Origin: Chrysochromulina tobinii
Lineage: Eukaryota
Reading direction: 5' to 3'
Length of the DNA: 34,162 bases
Assembly: GCA_001275005.1 (NCBI GenBank)
Contig: JWZX01003084.1
Location: forward strand, 1 to 34,162
The first letter of the stretch is position 1; each line of letters begins with the position of its first letter. Of this stretch, positions 18,079 through 28,348 are shown piece after piece. The notes below the pieces were generated by a model. It was not told the DNA's origin, made no database searches, and saw only the letters and a list, made by a program, of their open reading frames with translations. The translations under genes were made by a program, and so were the position numbers.

Positions 18079-18786
18079 CTAGGTCTTCCGCCGTGTGACG
18101 TGGTCGTAGAGCACGACCTGCGTGTACTCATGAGTGTGCAGCTCAATCCTCCGCGAGTTGTCGCCTGGCCGCGCTTTCGGATCGACGTTGATGACCTTGC
18201 GGTCGCGCTTGTTCTTGAAGAGCAAGCCAGCCTCGTTGTCAGCGATGACCTGGAAGTTGGGCGTCGCATTCGACGTCGACGTCTGCGTCTCCCAGTTGTA
18301 GAAGCTCAAGTCCGTCATCGTCGGCATGAGCTTCTTCTTCCGCTCAAAGTAGGGCTCAAAGTTCTCTGTTTTGAGCCGGTGCGCGTAGTCTATGTAGCCC
18401 GAGACCTCCTGACCCTTGGCATTTTTATCGCGGATGAAGATGATTGTTGTGAGCTTGCCGTTGCGCACCATCTCCTCGCGCTCCGCGAGCGACGCCAGAA
18501 AGGGGAATCCTGTCACATCCTTAAAGGCGGACGCGAGCGGCTTCGGCGTCGCGCGCAGCTTATTGAGCCGCGCCTGCTCGGCGGCCTTTTTGCGTGCGAG
18601 AAACTCGTCGCGCTTGAGCGTCTCACCGCTGCCGCGGTACCCGAGCTCCACCAGCTGCCGCGCTAGGTCCTCATCCTCGAGGTAGTAGATGTCCGTCGGC
18701 GTGATCTGGCTATCGAGGTAATCCTCGTATGTGTCATAGTCATTGACGATGGAGTCGCTGATGGCGAGGTCGTCCTCAGTCGACAT
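18079..18786 (-). CDS. CFAP299: Cilia- and flagella-associated protein 299 (C4orf22/DUF4464)
   Basis: YEDYLDSQIT..D.YYLEDEDLARQLVELGYRGSGE, LAEREE.VRNGKLTTIIFIRD.N.KGQEVSGYIDY.HRLK.E, and DRKVINVDPK..PGDNS.R; probable start MSTEDD at 18786. Confidence 0.93.
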   Translation of the reverse strand: MSTEDDLAISDSIVNDYDTYEDYLDSQITPTDIYYLEDEDLARQLVELGYRGSGETLKRDEFLARKKAAEQARLNKLRATPKPLASAFKDVTGFPFLASLAEREEMVRNGKLTTIIFIRDKNAKGQEVSGYIDYAHRLKTENFEPYFERKKKLMPTMTDLSFYNWETQTSTSNATPNFQVIADNEAGLLFKNKRDRKVINVDPKARPGDNSRRIELHTHEYTQVVLYDHVTRRKT

Positions 18787-18992
18787 GGCACTGCGCCACA
18801 ACTGCAGGCCGACCGAGACAACGCGATCCACGAGCGAAAAATGAACGCTGAACGCAAGACGCTGAACGGTCTGGGAAAGTAGTCGTCGGGCAATCTTACA
18901 TGTACATGTATCCGATACATTGAGGTGCCAAAACATTCCCCACGTGCTCGGGTGTCGCGTATGGTGTAGTGGCGGGTCTGTACAGTAAGATT

Positions 18993-20402
18993 ATGAGCGT
19001 CGCGAACAGCTCGAGCGCGAATAGTAGCTCAATCGACCAGGCACGCCTTGACGTACTAGCCTTCTGCGAGGCCAACCAGAACTCGCCGTACGTCTACGCC
19101 GCCGCGCTTCCTATCTGGCTAGTGTTCCTCGTCTGGTGGTCGCACGACATCTATTTTGTACACCGACAGCACGCGCACGAGCTGCACCACATGCTCTGGT
19201 GCATCCCTGCCTTGTCTGCCGTATTCTCGCTGCTATCGATCTGTTACTACGAGATGTGTCCGTGGGACCTGGGCTACCAGCAGCTCGTATCCGCCGCCTG
19301 GGTTGTGCTCGTGATCTTGCGCGAGCCGGTTTTTGTCGTCTGCTTGCTCATGGTCGCCAAGGGCTGGCGAATCACCCGCAACGACCTCGCACAGAACGAA
19401 ATCGCCCTCTGCGGCACGGTGGTCTTGCTGCTCTACGCCACAGTCACCATCCAGCTGTCCATCGGCGGCTTGCTCTCTGCCATCCCACAGCTGCTCGTGT
19501 GGTTTGGGCTGCTTGTCGTGGTGCTCTCGGCGGTGATCACGAACCTGCGTGTGCTCAAGGCGCAGCTGCTCGCGCTGCGCTCCTTCAACATCGATGCGAC
19601 CACCACGCCCGCCTTCACCAAGTACTCAATGTTCGCCTGGCTCCTCGTCTTCGCCTCCATTTATTTCGGCCTCGACATTACTCTCTTCGCACTCGCGGCC
19701 GCCAACGTGGGCGGGCAAGCGTGGCTGTGGCACGCGCTGTGCCGGCAGATCCTCGAGCTGGCCCTGACCATCTCCATCGGCTGGATCTTCCGCGCGCGCC
19801 CCTTCAACGTGCTCTTCGAGCAGGTGCAGCAGCTCGTACGCGATGTCGCGGGGGACATGCTCCCGCAGCTGTCGACGGTCAACATCGACGTCGCTGCGCT
19901 GCGTGGCGACGGCACCGTGCCGTGGTCGCGAGAGATGCGCCTCGAGCAGGCGCGCAGTGCGCAGTCGGCCGCCGACGGAGCACCGGTGCCGGCGGCCGCG
20001 ACGCCCTGCGCAGCCGACGCTCCGTCCGTTGAGCCGCCGCCGATGCTCCTTGTACTCAATCCGACTGACAAACCGGATGAGCTCTTGCATCGTGGCATCG
20101 TGGTGGTCGCTGTGCGGCTCACCTCAGCGTCGCATGGACCACAGGCCTCGAGGCCTCCAGTCCATTCACATTCACAGGCCCCGAGGCCGACCGCTCCCGT
20201 CCATTCACATTCACAGGCCCCGAGGCCGACCGCTCCTGCGGACGCCGGTGTGCTGCCGTTGGCCACCCTGCGCGAGCTACTGCAGAGCTCCGCGCCGTGG
20301 CATGGCCACACCGTGTCGCTCTCCCGTGTGTCGGTGCGTGGCAGCAGCGGCACTGGCAGCAGGAGGGCTGGCAGGAGCGCCAGCAGCATGATGCCCAGCA
20401 GC

Positions 20403-20496
<94 letters not shown>

Positions 20497-20570
20497 GCAG
20501 CAGCAGCGACGGCGGCGGCGGCGGCGGCAGCAGTAGCCGGCCACGCACAGCCGCATCACTTGCTGTTTGA
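18993..20570 (+). CDS. Multi-TM protein resembling the GPR107/GPR108/TMEM87 (GOST) family, with a low-complexity C-terminus
   Basis: About seven hydrophobic segments; LHHML, LLMVAKGWRITR, NLRVLKAQL...KYSMF and IGWIFRARP motifs. Confidence 0.7.
20397..20507 (+). repeat. (AGC)n coding microsatellite, ~37 codons of poly-Ser
   Basis: Near-perfect agc run with single agt and act interruptions. Confidence 0.95.
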
Positions 20571-20785
20571 CGCAGTCCAAAAGAGCTGAGAGCACTTGCC
20601 ATTATGGTGCTCGCGAGAGCGAGCGCCTGCTTGGTAGTCGTGGTTGCTGCTATGTATTTTGTGCACGCGGGGGACCGGATTTCTTTATTCGATTCCTTTC
20701 CTTGTTATTTCAGGTCCGCAGCGTCACGTTCTGGTTTCCGTGGGTGTTGACAGACCACACCTGGTTTCTTATAAATGAAATGGCG

Positions 20786-22081
20786 CTACGGCAAACGCAT
20801 TTTTGGTCTGAGAGGTTTCCAAGGCGATATCTTCTCGATCGCCTCATTCATCATCTCGACAAATCTGCGGGTTGAGTGAGTCGGACCGCGTTTCATCACG
20901 TACGCTGGTGGTTTCAAGACGGTCGGATAGCCCATCATTAATTGGCGCTTGGACCACTGCCAGCCATCGCCCGTGTCGAGGTCAAACGTGTAGTGGTACA
21001 GGTAGTACTTATCGATCCTGTCGATGCCCATCCCGCCGGGCTCCGCCTGGAACTCAGCGAGGACCTTGTGCCTGACGCCCGCCTTCGCGGAGGCGAGGGC
21101 CCAGCCCCACATCTCGAGCACCCACCCAAAGTCCCGGTTCGCCGCGGGGTCGCGCTTGAGGGTGAGGCAAAGCTGCCACCACGGCTCCGTGAGCTGCAGG
21201 AGCTGCTTCTTGTGAATGATCACCGGCGACGGCCCGACTGGATCGACTTGATCTGGGTCGAAGTACTTGCTGATGACCGGCTTGAGCTTCGCGGGATCAT
21301 ACTTGTACGTCATGTAGTAGAACCCGAATCCTACGGGCACGCTCGGAGTCGCAAAATTGGGCAGCACCTTCAAGAAGAGATGGTCCGTCTCCATGAGCAA
21401 GATGTACTCCTCGGGGATCTTGGCAAAGTGCGGAAGCTTCAGGAGCTGGCGTACGCCCCACGGTCGGTTCATGACGATGAACCCGTGATCACACGAGTCG
21501 CAGTTTCCGTTGGAGAGCTGGGCAACCAGCACCGTGGGAATCTCGTCCATCAACCCATCAGGTCGCGCCCCCGGCGTGTTCAGCAGCCGTGTGAAACCAC
21601 CGAGGTCCGAGCACGGGTTCTCCGCCTTGAGCTTCTTGTAGTGATAGTATGCGATGCGGGACTGCCACTCTTGGTAGGTCCCTGACGCGGCCGTCAGTAC
21701 AACGTGATACGGCTTCCGTGGTGCCGCGCATTCGGGCGCGGCTGCGCCGACCTCTTGCGGCGTGGCTTGCTTGCCCCCGTTTGTGTTGGCGGTTGCAGCC
21801 TCAATCGCCGCCGCCTTTGCTGCCGCCTTTGCCACCAACTTTGCTGCACGCCTCTTCTCTTTCGCCGTCAAGGCGGTGCCATCGCCACCGCCACCGCTAC
21901 TGCTAGAGCTGTCAGGCGCGCTCGTCACATCCTGCACCACAGCATGAACGGTCTTCGCAACCTCATCCGGCACCTGCTGCAATATGAGGGTGACTTCACC
22001 CTGTGCGTACAGGATTGAGTGCTGGAATTGTATGCACAGGATTGCAATGAGCAGCAGGAACAAGAGAATGGCACGGAGCAT
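20786..22081 (-). CDS. HPAT: Hydroxyproline O-arabinosyltransferase-like (GT95) type II membrane protein
   Basis: N-terminal TM anchor; YHVVLTA..YQEWQSRIAYYHYKK, GGFTRLL, DGLMDEIPT, NRPWGV.Q, IPEEYILLMETDHLF, GPSPVII and FGWVLEMWGW. Confidence 0.9.
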   Translation of the reverse strand: MLRAILLFLLLIAILCIQFQHSILYAQGEVTLILQQVPDEVAKTVHAVVQDVTSAPDSSSSSGGGGDGTALTAKEKRRAAKLVAKAAAKAAAIEAATANTNGGKQATPQEVGAAAPECAAPRKPYHVVLTAASGTYQEWQSRIAYYHYKKLKAENPCSDLGGFTRLLNTPGARPDGLMDEIPTVLVAQLSNGNCDSCDHGFIVMNRPWGVRQLLKLPHFAKIPEEYILLMETDHLFLKVLPNFATPSVPVGFGFYYMTYKYDPAKLKPVISKYFDPDQVDPVGPSPVIIHKKQLLQLTEPWWQLCLTLKRDPAANRDFGWVLEMWGWALASAKAGVRHKVLAEFQAEPGGMGIDRIDKYYLYHYTFDLDTGDGWQWSKRQLMMGYPTVLKPPAYVMKRGPTHSTRRFVEMMNEAIEKISPWKPLRPKMRLP

Positions 22082-22318
22082 CCGCGCCTTCAAGTCCGTG
22101 GTGTGGCCGACTTAGCCGTCGCCTGGGCTTGATTCGACACAAGTTCGCCTCCAAATATGGAAATATGGGCGATGCGAACACCGCCCCACCAAGAACTGCC
22201 GGGAACTATTGCATCGGTGCCGTGTTCTTTGCAATCCCCAGCAACTTTTGAATCAGAACGCCGCTTCCGCGGTTACGACCCCGAGCGCTCCGCCACTACT
22301 GTTCCGTCTACAGGCGCG

Positions 22319-23530
22319 ATGCCGGAGAAAAAGGAGGTTGTGGTAGACGACTGGCGCGCACGCGCGAGGGAAGCAGACGCATTACTGGTCAAGTGGGGTG
22401 CGCACCCTGTGCCCGGCCTCGACCCGAAGCGCGCCGAGGCCATCGGCCTCAAAGTAGCGGTGAAAAGGATCAACTACGGCAGCAGCTCACAGGAGCTGCT
22501 GCCGATGTTTACGCACGAGGGCTCGATCGCACGATATTGCCGGCGTACGGGCGAGCTGATGCTGCAGGCTTCAGAGCACTGGAAGCAAATCGAGGCCAAC
22601 ACGCGCGAGACAAATGCGTACTACAAGCAGCTCCTCACAGTGTCGCGCGTGCAGGAGGAGGCATACCGGACTGCGAGCGACATCCTATCCAAGATCATGG
22701 CGCGGCCGGGGCTGCTCAACGTATGGGAGTGCTCGTGCCCGGGGCTGCTGCGCTCCAAGAAGCGCGAGCTCGAGCTGCAGAAAGAGGGGACGCACATGTA
22801 CCTTGAGACGCTCAAGGAGCTCACGCGTATTGAGCTCGTGTACGACGCGGTGGTGGCGCTCAAGAAGATCGAGCAGGAGCGGCCGATCCGCGAGTCGGAC
22901 ATTGCGGTGGAGTACAACAAGGTCGCCGCGCAGTCGCGCATCGAGAGCGACAAGATCATGTCGCAGGAGGCGGCGCTTGCGCGAGAGCTCCGCGCCATCG
23001 GCGACGGCACCGAAACCATCGTAGCCTATTCCCTCCGGCTCGAGCACTGCCTCGAGACGAACGTTCTTAGCCTGCGTAAGCAGAAGCTGCTTGCGGCGCC
23101 AATCGAGATTTTCCAGCTCACGCATGTCGAGTTCCTCGACCTCGCGGAGAATAAGCTGACCGAGCTGCCTGGCGAGGTGACCCAGATGACGCGCATCAAG
23201 AAGATCTATCTGGACCGCAATCAAATCACGAGGCTACCGCACGAGCTGTACAAGCTCTCGAACACGCTCACGCTGCTCGGCATCGCCGATAACCCGCTCG
23301 ATCACGAGCAGCTCCAGCTCTACCTAACAGGCCTGCCAGTACTCCTCGCTCACCTCAAGGCCACGCGGCCGCGGCGCGTGTCCGACGCGGTGAGCGTCAC
23401 CATGCGTGAAGGGGGAGTCGATTTTGTCGGCGAGTACGACCTCTTCACCTCGGCGCTGCCCCGGTACGCGGAGCCGGTCGACGAGGCATCCCTCAAGATG
23501 GCGTCCCTCCGCGCGTCCCTCCGCGCGTAG
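22319..23530 (+). CDS. Leucine-rich repeat protein with a helical/coiled-coil N-terminal region
   Basis: LRRs LSLRKQKLLAAPIEIFQL, VEFLDLAENKLTELPGEVTQM, IKKIYLDRNQITRLPHEL and LTLLGIADNPL; start could be 22157 or 22319. Confidence 0.8.
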   Translation: MPEKKEVVVDDWRARAREADALLVKWGAHPVPGLDPKRAEAIGLKVAVKRINYGSSSQELLPMFTHEGSIARYCRRTGELMLQASEHWKQIEANTRETNAYYKQLLTVSRVQEEAYRTASDILSKIMARPGLLNVWECSCPGLLRSKKRELELQKEGTHMYLETLKELTRIELVYDAVVALKKIEQERPIRESDIAVEYNKVAAQSRIESDKIMSQEAALARELRAIGDGTETIVAYSLRLEHCLETNVLSLRKQKLLAAPIEIFQLTHVEFLDLAENKLTELPGEVTQMTRIKKIYLDRNQITRLPHELYKLSNTLTLLGIADNPLDHEQLQLYLTGLPVLLAHLKATRPRRVSDAVSVTMREGGVDFVGEYDLFTSALPRYAEPVDEASLKMASLRASLRA

Positions 23531-24136
23531 CCGAGATGAGCCTGAGCCCGGTCTTGCCTCCGGCCCGGCACAGCACCTATTCGCTTTCCCTGGGTGACGG
23601 TCAGCGAGTAAGGGCCCGTTTTAAGTTCCAAGGTGATGTGCCAGGCCGAATCAGGCTTTGTGCCTCACGGTCATCATGTCATGATCATGATCTTATACAC
23701 GCGCATGTGCGTGGGACTATTACCTGAATCTCGCCTAAAATCAATCGCGAATCGGCCGACCGGCCGTCGCCGACAGCCGCCGGATAAAACGCGCTACCGG
23801 CGCGGGCCCGGGCGTCGACCGTCTGGACCGACGAACCGCGTGTGCCGCGCGTGGCGTGGCCTCTGCGTACTATGAACAGCGTGGAGGATCAATGCAATGA
23901 TCTATCACGCCGCGTCATCTCAGAATCTGCAATCTCCGTTCGCATTGGCACGGCACGATTCGACCTCTCACATCACACATGTGGGGGTGGCGGCCTGTAT
24001 GGCTGTGCATCCTGCTCGACTGTCCTGCATATGAAGGATAGATTTCGTTTTGCATTCGATGCGTCTTGCGCCGTCAGCTGAGGGCTCCTTTCTCAGATGC
24101 CATCACCTTTGCGCTGACGAGCTGCTCACTCATTGC

Positions 24137-26821
24137 TCAGAAGTCATCATCCTCGCCGTCGACCTCGTCGCGCGTGCGCAGGAAGTTGACGCGTCGTGCC
24201 TTCTCCTTCTTATGTCGCTCGGAGACGGCTACCAAGTCCTGTGCCACGTCCCACGAGCCACGCACGAGAGCGAGGAAGTCCTCGCGTCGGATGCACATGC
24301 ACTCGCACCCTTCGTCACTGACACACGTGACGGTCGAGTTGCGTGTCGACCTCGAGAGGCATGAGGTCTCACCGCAGCACTCGCCCGCGCCGCGCTGCCC
24401 GATGGTGTATCGGCGCCCGTCCTTGCCCTCACAGGCAACCTGCACGCGCCCGCTCGTGATGATGAACATGTGACGAGCGTCCTCCCCTTCCCTGAATAGA
24501 TGCTCCCCCTTGGCATACCGTCGCTGCTCGTTGTTGCTCATCATGCGAATGAAGCGGAGGGAGCGAAGCACCGAGCGGCTCGCATTCGCCGTCGGCCGCC
24601 GTGGCGGCATGAGCGAGTTCTCGGGTGTGTGATGGGGATCACGATGGGCGCTATCGCCGTCAGCGCTGCTTCTGCCGCCGTCTCGGTTGGCGCCGCTGCT
24701 GCCGGCGGCGGGGTTGGGTATGAGGGGCGCTGCTGAGGCCGCGGCCGTGGCCAGCCCATTCCTACTGCCCCCCCTCTCCCCTCCTGCAGAGCCCACTCCC
24801 GCGGCCGTGGCCAGCCCACTCCTACTGCTGCTGCTAGTGCTGCTAGTGCTGCTAGTACCGCTAGTGCTGCTAGTGCTGCTAGCGCTGCTAGTGCTGCTGC
24901 CGCCTCTGCTGCTGCCGCTAGCGCTGCTACCGCTCATGCTACTGCTCGGGCTGCCGGCGCTGCCGGGCACGACGTGCGTGCTCGACGTCATACGGCGGCG
25001 CACGTGCTCCGGGTCAGAAGAGGAGCGATCGTCGCCGACCGCGTGCTCGGGCTCGAAATCGTCCCTGCCGAGGCGCACCACGCGAACTTCGGTCATGGCG
25101 ATCATCGTCGAGTGGCGCTTGCGCTCGCCGCTGCCCAGGATGGCCGAGGTGCCAAAATAGTCGCCCGCGCCGAGCTCCTCCTCGGCTGCGACGAAGGCTT
25201 CGAAGCGCTCGGGCGGTGGCCTCGTGAGGCGCCGCACACGCCCACTCGTGATCAGATAGAAGAAGTCGGACGGATCTCCTTCGCGGAAGATGACGTCCCC
25301 TTCGCGAAAGAGGGTCTCCTTCTCCTTGATCGTGGTCGCCGCCATGTTCAGGTACTGCTGATAGTAAATCTTGCCACTCCCGCCTTCATCCATGGCAGAC
25401 ACCATGTGCGAGACCTCGGCAGGCGTCATCTGCTGCCCCAGCCGTTGGATCACCCCGGCGAGATCGGTGGCCGCCACGTAGCCCTTCCCCTCCGGATCGA
25501 AGACCTGAAACGCATCCGCGAGCAGCTCACGCGCCTCGACGTTCGCGTCTGCCTCCTCAACGGGCACACTGTGTGGCAGCGTTGGCAGCGGCGGCGGCAC
25601 TCGACGGTCGGAAAGCCTCTTGCGAATGACCGCCTGCTTGTGCATCGAGGCGACGAGCGCAGTGGACCACTTCTTGCGCATGCGCTGGTACTCCTTCAGG
25701 TTCGTATCCGAGCCGCGGATGGGCACCTCCGACACGCCCGTCCCCTTAATCCACGCTTGCGTGAGCAGCATCTCGGAGGACATGCGTTCCCTGGGCTCAT
25801 GGCGCAACAGCGCCCGAATGAGCTGTTTCGCCTCCTCCGAAACGGCGGTCCATTGCTCGTGAGCAAACGAGAGCTGGCCCGCTTGGATGTTCTGGCGCAT
25901 CTGCGCGTCCGTGCGGCCGGGGGCATCGAAGGGGTGCTGCCCTGCGAGAAGGATGTACATGATCACGCCGAGCGACCACAAATCGACTTGCTTGCCGTAT
26001 CCATGCGTCGCAAACATCTCAGGCGCCCAGTAGGCCCAGGTGCCCTGCTTCTCCTGGAGGGTGTCGCCGTCCTCCTCTTTGAGCGCCACCGAGAGCCCGA
26101 AGTCGCAGATCTTCACCGTCACTTCGCCCGTGGCCCCGTCGGGCTCCGACAGGAGGAGGTTCTCGGGCTTGAGATCGCGATGGCAGATCCCATTCAGGTG
26201 CAGCCACGCGACGCCCTGCGCGAGCTGGCGCATGAGGCGCGAGGCCTCCTTCTCAGAGTAGGGCCCCTGTGTCACGAGCCGCTCGAAGAGCTCGCCGCCC
26301 GTCACGAGCTCCATCACGATTATCCACTCACTCTCCGTCTCGAAGACGTCGCGCAGCCCGACCATGTTCTCATGTGAGCCCACCATGCGCTGGATGGCGA
26401 TCTCGCGCCGGATGGTGCTCGCGTCGGTGCGACTCTTCGCAATCGTCTTGATCGCGACGGCCTCGCCGCTCTCGCGGTTTACGCCACGCCTCACGGTCGC
26501 AAAGTGCCCGCAGCCGATGACGTCGCCCACCTCGTAGCGGTCCTCCAGGTGCGCACCTGTCGTCACGGACGGCTCCTCCTCCTCCTTGGACGCCTCGTGC
26601 TCGGCGGGCGCACTAGAGGAGAACGAAGCGTCCGACACATGGCGCTGCGCTAACGAGCGCATGACGGATGTAGCCACCACTCCGGAGAAGACAAGCAGGA
26701 GCGGCGTCTCGATGCCAAAGCCCACGGCTGGCGTGCGCTTCGTCGGCTGCGCCGCTGCGCCGCCGAGACGGGAGGCGAGACGCGCAGAGCCCTGCCGCGC
26801 GTGCATGAATAGCCGGCGCAT
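24137..26821 (-). CDS. CaMK/CDPK-like Ser/Thr kinase + EF-hand pair + two cyclic-nucleotide-binding domains, with an Arg-rich presequence
   Basis: Kinase motifs GCGHFATV, VAIK, HRDLKPEN, DFG and WAPE. EF-hands FDPEGKGYV and MDEGGSGKI. CNB domains IFREGDPSDFFYLITSGRV...GDYFG and LFREGEDARHMFIITSGRV...GE...RNSTV. Probable start MRRLF at 26821. Confidence 0.88.
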   Translation of the reverse strand: MRRLFMHARQGSARLASRLGGAAAQPTKRTPAVGFGIETPLLLVFSGVVATSVMRSLAQRHVSDASFSSSAPAEHEASKEEEEPSVTTGAHLEDRYEVGDVIGCGHFATVRRGVNRESGEAVAIKTIAKSRTDASTIRREIAIQRMVGSHENMVGLRDVFETESEWIIVMELVTGGELFERLVTQGPYSEKEASRLMRQLAQGVAWLHLNGICHRDLKPENLLLSEPDGATGEVTVKICDFGLSVALKEEDGDTLQEKQGTWAYWAPEMFATHGYGKQVDLWSLGVIMYILLAGQHPFDAPGRTDAQMRQNIQAGQLSFAHEQWTAVSEEAKQLIRALLRHEPRERMSSEMLLTQAWIKGTGVSEVPIRGSDTNLKEYQRMRKKWSTALVASMHKQAVIRKRLSDRRVPPPLPTLPHSVPVEEADANVEARELLADAFQVFDPEGKGYVAATDLAGVIQRLGQQMTPAEVSHMVSAMDEGGSGKIYYQQYLNMAATTIKEKETLFREGDVIFREGDPSDFFYLITSGRVRRLTRPPPERFEAFVAAEEELGAGDYFGTSAILGSGERKRHSTMIAMTEVRVVRLGRDDFEPEHAVGDDRSSSDPEHVRRRMTSSTHVVPGSAGSPSSSMSGSSASGSSRGGSSTSSASSTSSTSGTSSTSSTSSSSRSGLATAAGVGSAGGERGGSRNGLATAAASAAPLIPNPAAGSSGANRDGGRSSADGDSAHRDPHHTPENSLMPPRRPTANASRSVLRSLRFIRMMSNNEQRRYAKGEHLFREGEDARHMFIITSGRVQVACEGKDGRRYTIGQRGAGECCGETSCLSRSTRNSTVTCVSDEGCECMCIRREDFLALVRGSWDVAQDLVAVSERHKKEKARRVNFLRTRDEVDGEDDDF
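24823..24945 (-). repeat. Ser/Thr-encoding 3/9-bp repeat linker between the two CNB domains
   Basis: (ctagtgctg)n-like array on the + strand; adjacent duplicated GLATAA unit. Confidence 0.8.
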
Positions 26822-27206
26822 TTGCGCGGCCAGTCGCACGCAACGCTTTCCTGGGCACGTGCAGAGTCGAAGCCGAGCGTCGAGGGGAGACGTCTGCAGC
26901 CCGAAGCGAGGTGTGAATTTGCAGTGTGAATTGCCGAACTCTCCCAATTGTATCGAATCTGCATGCCCGTACTGCGATCGCGATCGCATCCTCATGCCCT
27001 CCCAGGACCCCGCCCTCCTCGACCGCCCTCCCTGCCCCCAGCCGCAGTTTCGCACCTCGTCCCGCGGACAGCACACAGTGGCACAGACCGTCAAACGTGC
27101 CACGGGCACGGCTCATACATGTAGCGGCGCGCAGCGGTCTTGTCACCACGACCACGCGCAAGCGGCGCCTCTTCTTCTCCCCTCTGAACTTCCCTCAGCC
27201 TGAGCC

Positions 27207-28348
27207 TCAGTGGTTGTACTTGTTCATGAAGACCACCTTGAGGTTGGAATCGATCAGGTCACCGCCCACCTTGGTCTCACTCAGCGGAAGGCCCGTGTTC
27301 GGGTCCTTGCGGGTCAGGAGCGCAACGGCCTGCACATGGTTGATGCAGATCACGCCATCGACGCTCAGGAGCGTGTCGCCTACCGAAATCCCAGCCTTGA
27401 ACACAAGTCCGTGGGTGACTACTTTCTCCACCTGCGATGTACGAGCAGGGTTCAATGCGTGGCAATCAGTGGCAATCAGTGGCAATCAGTGACGACAACC
27501 GTTGGCGATCAGTGGCTTTATTGCACCTTGACACCTGGCCGCCCTACACGATCCTGGTCCACGACGGTGATCCCGAGGGGCATGTCGACACCGAGCTTGC
27601 CGAGGGTGACCTCAGTCGACTGGCCCCAGAGCACGAGGCGCACCTCGCCGAGGCACTCATTCATGAGCGACACCGCCTGTTCATGCGAATCCACGAGCTG
27701 CTCGTTCACTGCGATGATCGTGTCGCCGCAGTAGATTGCCGCCGCATCGGCCAGCGAGCCCCTTCGGATGCGCTTGAGCAGCACGCCGCGCGTCGTGTGC
27801 GCCAGGTTGGAGCACGTCATGCCAAGATCGCCCTTGGTCTTGTCGAGCGTCACCGCACGCGTTGAGCCCGACGCCGTCAGCGTGAGCCGCCGCCCCTCTG
27901 CCGCCATGTCGAGGATCTGCATGGCCGCCACGTGCGATTTGACCTCCTCGCCGTCGATGGCGCGCAGCTGATCGCCCACGTTCAGGCCGTTGCGCGCTGC
28001 CTGGCCGGTCGGGTTCAGGCCCGACACGATCACGCCGAGTGTGGGGTGCGTCTGCAACTTGATCCCATGCTTGGGCTCCTTGGAAGACCGATCAATCTTG
28101 AGGCCGACGTGCTTTTCGGCCACCCACGAGTCGGAGGCATCCTCATCCCCTCCAAGCATGCTCTCCTTGTAGTTCGAAGAGTCAAGCTTGCTGTGCTGCC
28201 GGCCGCCGCCGTACGGACTGCTGCGCGTTGCCTTGCGGCTCTTGAGCATGCGGAACGGACCTCCGGGTGAAGACGCGTTGGCCGAGGCGTTCTCGTCCTG
28301 CGAGGATCCGAGGGGTGCGGACGAGAACATCTTTCCAAAGAACGACAT
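27207..28348 (-). CDS. Triple-PDZ-domain protein; two exons, 28348-27527 and 27431-27207
   Basis: PDZ1 HGIKL...GQAARNGLNVGDQLRAIDG; PDZ2 LGMTC...GSLADAAAIYCGDTIIAVN; PDZ3 LGITV...GVK|VEKV...AGISVGDTLLSVDG is completed only by splicing 27526-27432. Confidence 0.85.
27432..27526 (-). other. Spliceosomal intron (95 bp) containing (CACTGATTGC)3
   Basis: AAG|gtgcaa...tcgcag|GTG on the minus strand; phase 0; removal restores PDZ3. Confidence 0.88.

Noticed and set aside
19661..20602. Antisense poly-Leu ORF (and the similar one at 24687-25160)
   Set aside because: These are shadows of the poly-Ser microsatellites on the coding strand.
24974..26377. 467-aa plus-strand ORF and many other long overlapping ORFs
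   Set aside because: Antisense or off-frame shadows expected from high-GC codon usage; no domain motifs.
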